A DNA stretch of 64,000 nt from Leucoraja erinacea (lineage: Eukaryota), in assembly GCF_028641065.1 (NCBI RefSeq), contig NC_073391.1, positions 45,880,001-45,944,000 on the forward strand, given 5' to 3'. Numbering within the stretch: position 1 is the first letter of the stretch; each line of letters begins with the position of its first letter. This document shows, piece by piece, positions 59,979-64,000 of this stretch. Under the pieces are notes generated by a model that did not search any database, was not told where the DNA came from, and was given only the letters and a program-made list of their open reading frames with translations. Made by a program: the position numbers and the translations under genes.

Positions 59979-60854
59979 CTACCCACAGTTGGGAGAGGCA
60001 ACTGGTTTCTCCACGGCGTGAACTCGCTGGTGGGTCATCAGGTGGGAATATTGCGTGAATCCCTTCCCACACCCGGAGCAGATGAACGGCCTCTCCCCGG
60101 TGTGAACTCTCTGGTGCCTCATTAACGTAGACGAATGCGTGAATCGCTTCCCACACTCGGAACAGTTGAAGGGCTTCTCGCCGGTGTGAATGCGCTGATG
60201 TGTTATCATGTTGGTCAAATGAGCGAATCCCTTGCCACAATCACAGCAGGTGTACGGCCTCTCCCCAGTGTGGATCCTCTGGTGTGCCTGCAACGCAGAC
60301 GAGTCAATGAACCCCTTCCCGCACTCGGAGCAGATGAACGGCCTCTTCCCGGTGTGAATTCTGCGGTGTCTCAGTAACGCAGATGAACGAGTGAACCCCT
60401 TCCCACACTCAGAGCAGGTGAACGGCCTCTCCCCGCTGTGAATTCTCTGGTGTGTCTGCAATGCAGATGAGTCAATGAATCCCTTCCCACACTCGGAGCA
60501 GATGAATGGCCTATTCCCGGTGTGAATTCTCTCATGCGCCACTAACGCAAAGGAATGAACGAATCCCTTCCCACACTCAGAGCAGGTGAACGGCTTCTCC
60601 CCGGTGTGAATTCTCTGGTGTCTCACTAACATATGCGATTGAGTGAATCCCTTCCCACATTCGGGGCAGCTGAACGGCCTCTCCCCCGTGTGAATTCTCT
60701 GGTGCCTCGTCAAGTGGCCTGCTTGAGTGAATCCCTTCCCACAATCGGGACAGACAAATGGTTTCCCCAGAGCGTGATCTTGCTGGTGGGTCACCAGGTG
60801 GGGAGATTGAGTGGACCCCTGCTCACACTCAGAGCTGGTGGATAATGTCTCCAT
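59979..60854 (-). CDS. C2H2 ZNF gene N, 9 fingers
   Basis: Intact ORF from ATG (METLS) at 60854; ends ASPNCG-TAG like gene A. Confidence 0.85.
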   Translation of the reverse strand: METLSTSSECEQGSTQSPHLVTHQQDHALGKPFVCPDCGKGFTQAGHLTRHQRIHTGERPFSCPECGKGFTQSHMLVRHQRIHTGEKPFTCSECGKGFVHSFALVAHERIHTGNRPFICSECGKGFIDSSALQTHQRIHSGERPFTCSECGKGFTRSSALLRHRRIHTGKRPFICSECGKGFIDSSALQAHQRIHTGERPYTCCDCGKGFAHLTNMITHQRIHTGEKPFNCSECGKRFTHSSTLMRHQRVHTGERPFICSGCGKGFTQYSHLMTHQRVHAVEKPVASPNCG

Positions 60855-61179
60855 GCTGTCAACTCCCCGGCGTCTCGTCAGCTCAGTGAATCCCTCGCAA
60901 GGTGCTGGTGAACTGAACGACACTGCGGATCTGATGGGTTGAGTTTGAGATTCCCCAACACAAATCTTCTGCTTGTTCCACCTTGAATAAAAGAGTTCAC
61001 ATTAAACATTAATAGATTAAGACGAGTGGGTCAGAAGAGGTGATTTTAGTGTCAACGGTGAGCCTTGTCACAAAGCGGTGGGTTACACATGGCTTGATCT
61101 TCACACCTGGAACACCTTGCAGTGAAGTGCCGTCCCTTCCACTTCCCGAGGGAATTCACCTCCATCATCATCATCATCT

Positions 61180-61440
61180 ACATCCATGCTGGAGGACGTC
61201 TGTCCAGCACTGAATGAGCTGTACACCATGGTCAACAAACACCAGTCGGCATAGTCAGATGCCTTACCCGCCATTGCAAGGGACTTCAACAAAGCCAGAC
61301 TGGAAATCACTCCCCACCCACCATCCACACGTGTCCTGCAGCACCCGAGGAGAAATAATTCCTGACCACCGCTGTGCCACCTGTGCTTCATCCCTTGCCT
61401 TCACTCTGTGAAATCTGATCAGCCGTCACCCGCCTAAGTA
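61180..61440 (+). mobile_element. Rex/Babar endonuclease remnant
   Basis: ..DFNKARL..HVSCSTRGEIIPDH resembles the AP-endonuclease of Rex1-type LINEs. Confidence 0.55.
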
Positions 61441-61489
61441 CCAGTGGTCGGACGAGGAGCGACGGGTAGGAAGAGGGACATGTTGGACT

Positions 61490-61892
61490 ATACCGGGACA
61501 TCCGAGATGTCCTCATTCATTAGGGAATGGGGGTTCCCCTCTTCCATCATTGATGGGGGCTTCACATGCGTCTCCTCTGTACCCTGCAGCTCCGTCCTTG
61601 TCCTTACCTGTCATCCCATCACATACAACAAAGAATCCTCCAACGGGATCCCAACACTCGCCACATCTTCCCATCTCCACCCCTTTCAGCAAGAACTCGT
61701 CCCTTCCCCCTCCCCCTCCCCTGTAGCCGCAGCAGGTGCAACGTTTGCCCCTAAACCTCCTCCCTCCACTGTGTCCAGGGCCCGACAGACCGTTCAGCTT
61801 CGGCAGAGATTCACCTGAACCTCCCCCACCCTCATCCACTGTATCCGTTGTTCCAGGTCTGGTCTCTGACACATCAGCGAGACGAGACGTAT
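61490..61892 (+). mobile_element. Penelope-like internal remnant
   Basis: MSSFIREWGFPSSII; QRFT*TS.TLIHCIRCS..ETRR GIY-YIG remnant. Confidence 0.65.
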
Positions 61893-61900
61893 TTGTGTTT

Positions 61901-62190
61901 CCGCACCGATTCTCCCCGCAGCCGGGGGCCGCTCCTCAGGCCGGGGCCTCGGTGCTGACTGATCCCGCGCCCGGATCCCCGCTCCTACCCGCCGCCGACC
62001 CTCCGGAGTCTTTTGTCCACGGACCGCATGCGCGACTTGGCCGCACCCACTTCCGGGCTCTCCGCGCCTGCGCGCTTGGTATGGCCTGCAACATAGGGCG
62101 AGTTCTGGGGCGCGGGGCTTTCTGGGTAAAAAGGGCGCCATGGACATGACCTGAAATCACCGGCTCAGCGTTCCCCAATGGACAACAGCC
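61901..62190 (-). promoter_or_regulatory. CpG promoter / exon 1 of gene N
   Basis: Cluster promoter repeat with CCGGAAGT, NRF1-like motifs and GG|GTAGGA. Confidence 0.75.
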
Positions 62191-62989
62191 ACGAGGTCAG
62201 GGGTTCCCAACCGTTTTCTTCCCGTTTAACCCTGGTGACGTTAATAGCACGTGTTAATAGCACTAGCAATGTTAGTTCACTTATTTATGAACATCTAATG
62301 ATGAACAGAAGGTACACAAAATTGCTGGAGAAGCAGCAGCATCTATGGAGCGAAGGAAATAGGCAACGTTTCGGGCCGAAACCCTTCTTCAGATGAACAG
62401 ATACCAGAACCAGAACCAACACAGTCGGTCAATGAGAGAAAATATGCACAAATCCAGAATCACCAAATTTACCTCCTGGGTGGGCGAAATTTCCCCCCAT
62501 GTGGGGTAAATTTACCCCAGGTTGGGAATCCTTGCACTATGGAGAGCATAATCCTTGTATATGGAGAGCAACAGTGACATCTCGCAACCGATGTAATCGA
62601 TGAAGCCAGGTGTCAAAGGTGATGGGGAGAAGGTAGAAGCATGGGGTTAGGAGAACGGGCTAGATCCGCCATGAGGGAATGGCGGAGTAGACTTGATGCA
62701 TTTATTGTCACATGCTCCAGTGGCAGGGAGCAGCTGGGCCGAATGGCCTCTCCCCCTACATCGAGTGTGTTGCAGAGACAGAGGCTAGGACCTGAGACAT
62801 CGGGTTTACAACAGAACTCATTTGTTTATCTTAAACGCGGAAAATTAAATCCCAGCTTGGAAATAGCAATTACAATAACAATTGTAATCATGTATTGTCT
62901 TTCTGTTGGCTGGTTAGCACAAAACAAAAGATTTTCACTGCACCTCGACACAAGTGACACTAAACAAAACGCACAGAACATGTGAGCAG

Positions 62990-63660
62990 CCTCTACCCAG
63001 TGTGAATTCTCTGCTGGGCCACCAGGCTACTAGTATCAGTGAAGCCTCACGCACAGTTGGGAGAGGCCAGTGGCTTCTCCACAGCGTGAACTTGCTGGTG
63101 GGTCTTCAGGTTGGATAATCGTGTGAATCCCTTCCTGCACTCAGAGCAGGTGAGGGGTTTCTCCCCGGTGTGAAGCTGATAGTGTGCCCTGAGATTCGAC
63201 AATTGAACACACCCTTCTCCACACACAGAGCAGGTGAACGTCTCTCCCCGGAGTGAATTCGCTGGTGTCTCTTCAGGGATAGACAATAGACAATAGGTAC
63301 AGGAGTAGACCATTCAGCCCTTCGAGCCAGCACCGCCATTCAATGTGAGCATGGCTGATCATCCACAATCAGTACCCCGTCTCTGCCATCTCCCCATATC
63401 CCCTGACTCCGCTATCTTTAAGATTTGATCGAATACCTTCCCACAATCCGGACAGGCAAATGGTTTCTCCTTGCTGGCGAGGAGATTGAGCGAGCCCCTG
63501 CCCACACTCAGAGCTGGTGGATGATTTCTCCATAGCTGCAAGCTCTCTGGTGTCTTGGCGGCTCAGCTGACACAGTGAATCCCTCCCGCGCACTTCATGT
63601 GCTGGTGAACTGAAGGAGTTTTAGATTCCTGGAAGTCAATACTCTGCCTGTTCTATGCTG
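62990..63660 (-). pseudogene. ZNF pseudogene O, disrupted by a CR1 tail (63278-63420)
   Basis: Cluster-type acceptor and start (MEKSSTSSECGQG); about 3 fingers with insertion and frameshift. Confidence 0.75.
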
Positions 63661-63709
63661 TAAAAAGTGTTTACAATAAATTAACAGTTTATAGGAATAT
63701 CTATAATAT

Positions 63710-64000
63710 CTTATAGGAAAGATATTGTCAAGCTTGAAAGGGTTCAGAAAAGATTTACGAGGATGTTGCCAGGACTAGAGGGTGTGAGCTACAGGGAAAG
63801 GTTGAGCAGGGCTGGGTCTCTATTCCATGGAGTGCAGGAGGATGAGGGGGAGATCTTATGATCTTATAGAGGTGCACAAACTCATGAGAGGAATAGATCG
63901 GGTCTGCATGGAGTCTTTTACCCAGAGATGGGGAATCGAGGACCAGAGGATACAGGTTCAAGGTGAAGGGGGAAAAGATTTAATAGGAATCTGAGGGGTA
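63710..64000 (+). mobile_element. Older CR1 ORF2 fragment
   Basis: LERVQKRFTRMLPGLEGVSYRERLSR remnant. Confidence 0.8.

Overview
Vertebrate genomic DNA, most likely a cartilaginous fish (inferred from V-SINE/HE1-like SINEs, shark-type CR1 tails and Penelope ends). The window is a tandem cluster of about 15 C2H2 zinc-finger (ZNF) loci, labelled A-O here. About 10 have long open arrays of 9-18 fingers (one cut by the window edge) and 5 are pseudogenes or fragments. No KRAB, SCAN or BTB domain is visible. Most genes sit in a repeated 4-6 kb unit: (1) a CpG-island promoter with a ZNF143/Staf-like site, NRF1 and ETS motifs and a short exon 1; (2) an intron carrying a second, inverted, homologous promoter-like module; (3) one large finger exon with decayed fingers at both ends; (4) a duplicated 3' end with AATAAA. 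The units are riddled with CR1, Rex/Babar, L2-group, Penelope, V-SINE, Helitron-like and P-like elements. The most unusual signals are the convergent twin promoter modules (including an orphan copy aimed antisense into the cluster), transposon footprints concentrated in those modules, cassette-wise finger shuffling, and hammerhead-bearing or fold-back Penelope ends. All function statements are inference from sequence only. Repeat boundaries are approximate.
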